NCBI GenBank assembly: GCA_963693365.1
Contig: CAVNZM010000017.1
Location: forward strand, 5,322,708-5,386,707
Direction of reading: 5' to 3'
DNA length: 64,000 nt
DNA from: Amoebidium appalachense
Lineage: Eukaryota > Protista > Ichthyosporea
Part shown: piece after piece, positions 26,222 to 64,000 of the stretch
Layout: every line of letters starts with the position of its first letter
Position numbering within the stretch: position 1 is the stretch's first letter
Notes under the pieces: model-generated
Told to the model about the DNA's origin: nothing
Databases searched by the model: none
What the model saw: the letters and a program-made list of their open reading frames with translations, nothing else
Position numbers and translations under genes: made by a program

Positions 26222-26550
26222 GGCCCAACCACATCGGCAGAGTAAACACGCTCCAGCAGAATAGTTCTGCAAAGAGCAGAATTTTTCGGCTAACAGCAGG
26301 AGAATAAACTTGCTCCTAGCAAAGTGACTCTGCCTTTGGCAGGATTAAATTCTGCTGTTAGCAGAATAATCCTGTTTAAATAGATCTGCTTTTAGCAGAA
26401 TAATTTTGCATTAGTAGAATAATTCTGCTTAAACATAATGATTCTCCTTCTGCAGCTTATAATCTGCTTTTGCTGCATAATCATTCGATCAGCGGTTCAG
26501 CAGAATAGTTCTGCTCGGAGCAAGTTCACACTGCCGATGTGGTTGGAGCC
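26222..26550. mobile_element. MITE-like element (about 330 bp) with internal palindromic GCAGAATANTTCTGC repeats
   Basis: TIRs GGCCCAACCACATCGGCAGAGTAAAC and (rc) GGCTCCAACCACATCGGCAGTGTGAAC; no clear TSD. Confidence 0.75.
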
Positions 26551-26845
26551 GACACACGCACACACGGTGCCATAGTACTCACTCACACACTGTACAAAAT
26601 TCACACACACAGACACACGTGTGCCCACCAAGCTTGGACAGGCACACCCACACACCCACACACCCACACCACACACAAGCAAAACTTTAAACCTATATCG
26701 ATGTGAATTCCAGCGGTGTTGTGGCCTGTGGTCACAATTGCTGCTTTAAACAAATTCACACCTTCCCCCCCCCCCCCCCCCGCTTTTTTTCCTTCGCCGT
26801 CTTGCTTTCTTTTCTTTCATTTTTTTTAAGTGTTTTATTTTTTAT

Positions 26846-26931
<86 letters not shown>

Positions 26932-27483
26932 GAGAGGGGCATGCATGGAGGCTCATTCAATTTTATCAATTAATAATAATTATGTAACCAGGTTGCGTGA
27001 TTCACAGACTTTTTATATTTAGAGATTTTACTTTCAAACAAACCGGTACCATCAAGCCAAGTGCACACCAGGAATGCAACAGCATGCACACTCACTCTGA
27101 TGCACATATGTACTGCGTACGTAACACATACTAAACATGCACGGTGTACGCAACTGTTACAAATACTAAACACCACAAATGATTAAACGCTTCATACGTT
27201 CGTGGATTCATGCCTACAACCACGGATCATGACAACATTGACCCGAGAGTATCAACATATATATCTCGGTCAGCATATGGATAATCATCATATCTTGTCA
27301 GGAATTCGGTAGATAACCAACGGATATTGCTCTAATACATGCACGTACACCATCACCTAATAAGTGCTGCTTATATACTTGCAAGAATACAAACATGCTC
27401 AAATTTCAATGTTGACAGGTAAGCACGGAACACTACATCACTGTTAGAAACGCTACAAACACAGTATTGTCACGAGCGGGCGA

Positions 27484-27529
<46 letters not shown>

Positions 27530-27901
27530 ACACACACACCCAAAAAAGCACACACACACACACACAAACACCCAACCCACTGGGACAAAAAAAAAAAAAA
27601 AATAATAAAAAAATCTAACATTTGATAATTACAGCCGATTCACTGTAGCCCGGCGTGATGTCCGCATACCATCCTCTAAACATACATGATCCATAACACC
27701 TATTAAGGCGTGCTATATCACCTAAGGGTGACATGGGCACCGATAACATGGCGTTCTACACATGGAGGCATACAACTCTAGATACACATAACGAAACTAA
27801 CGGATTCATGCCAAAACATTTTACGAAAACACACGAAACAAAACCAAACACCTAAATACTAGAGAGGAGATTCCGGATTGAGTACATATTTCGCTCCTGT
27901 T

Positions 27902-27994
27902 TTTAGGCTACACAGTCATGGTGACTTCCATGCTCAAGGCCAGATCTGAACCCACATAGCACGCAGACATAACATATAAATGAATCTTCATCGC
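27902..27994 (-). repeat. Diverged duplicate of the last 29 codons (including stop) of ASCC3, in its 3' flank
   Basis: AMKIHLYVMSACYVGSDLALSMEVTMTV* versus the real AMKLHLYVMSACYLGLDQTLAVEVTVTM*; both stops are followed by CCTAAA. Confidence 0.9.
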
Positions 27995-28117
27995 AAGGCA
28001 AACAACACTTCCGTAATAATTCCAAACCATCGTGCAAAATTCCAAGAAGTAATATCTCAAAACCCCTGAATACCATGGACCAAGCACAAGTTTCGCCCCT
28101 TTGTTTAAGTATTTAGG

Positions 28118-63472
<35,355 letters not shown>

Positions 63473-63522
63473 CTGTGTGTGTGTGTGTACGTGTGTGTGT
63501 GTGTGTGTGTGTGGCGGGAGAG

Positions 63523-63567
<45 letters not shown>

Positions 63568-63597
63568 TGAGGGTGTGTGTCTGTCTGTGTGTGTGTC

Positions 63598-63633
<36 letters not shown>

Positions 63634-64000
63634 TGAGGGTGTGTGTGTTGTGTTGTGAGTGTCCACGTGTCTCCATGTGAGTGTCCACGTCCGTGCACGT
63701 GCGCATGTACATGTGTACTTGTGTGCACTTGTCAGTGGCGAAATGTACGTGCGTTCACCGTGTGCGTGTGGGTCAAGCATGTAGAAGTTGGACGTGTGCG
63801 TACGACTGTGCCATGTGTACTTGTATGTTTTCGGAAGTTCCCGATTCTGTGTGAGTGTATCTGTATACCGATGAGGGAGAGCATGTGTGTGTGTGTGTAT
63901 GAACTTTTGTGGTGTGCTTGCTTGCATGCCTGCCTGTGTATGTGTGCGTGCGTAGAAAGTGCCCGTCTGTACACATAGCCATACAAGCTTCAACCAGGGG

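Overview
Eukaryotic, extremely intron- and microsatellite-rich genomic DNA: (CA)n/(TG)n arrays and poly-C/poly-G runs fill the introns. The protein sequences look opisthokont/holozoan-like, but the organism cannot be named from sequence alone. Almost every ORF in the supplied track is low-complexity noise, so the real genes were rebuilt by hand from exons. They are: OGFOD2 (+, 6 exons, 193-4874); a CAMK-like Ser/Thr kinase lacking the Gly-rich loop (+, 5 exons, 9695-12958); an uncharacterised gene (-, about 23.6-25.4 kb); and the 3' part of ASCC3 (-, 44 exons, 28118-63472, about 1601 codons). A mobile-element nest at 14.9-20.0 kb holds a copia-type TRIM, a copia RT/RNase H fragment with its LTR, and a CACTA-type element. 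Two MITEs and a 4-copy short repeat family are also present. Most notable observations: (1) about half of the 3' splice sites are (CA)n-AG with no polypyrimidine tract, sometimes paired with (GT)n at the donor; (2) intronic 'echo' copies of exon ends plus splice sites recur and differ from the real exon largely at synonymous positions; (3) a candidate 10-nt poison micro-exon in ASCC3; (4) a TRIM LTR fused in frame to an intact copia RNase H; (5) a 5'-truncated repeat family ending in poly(C) that carries hammerhead core words. Single-base frameshifts at homopolymers are probably sequencing errors.
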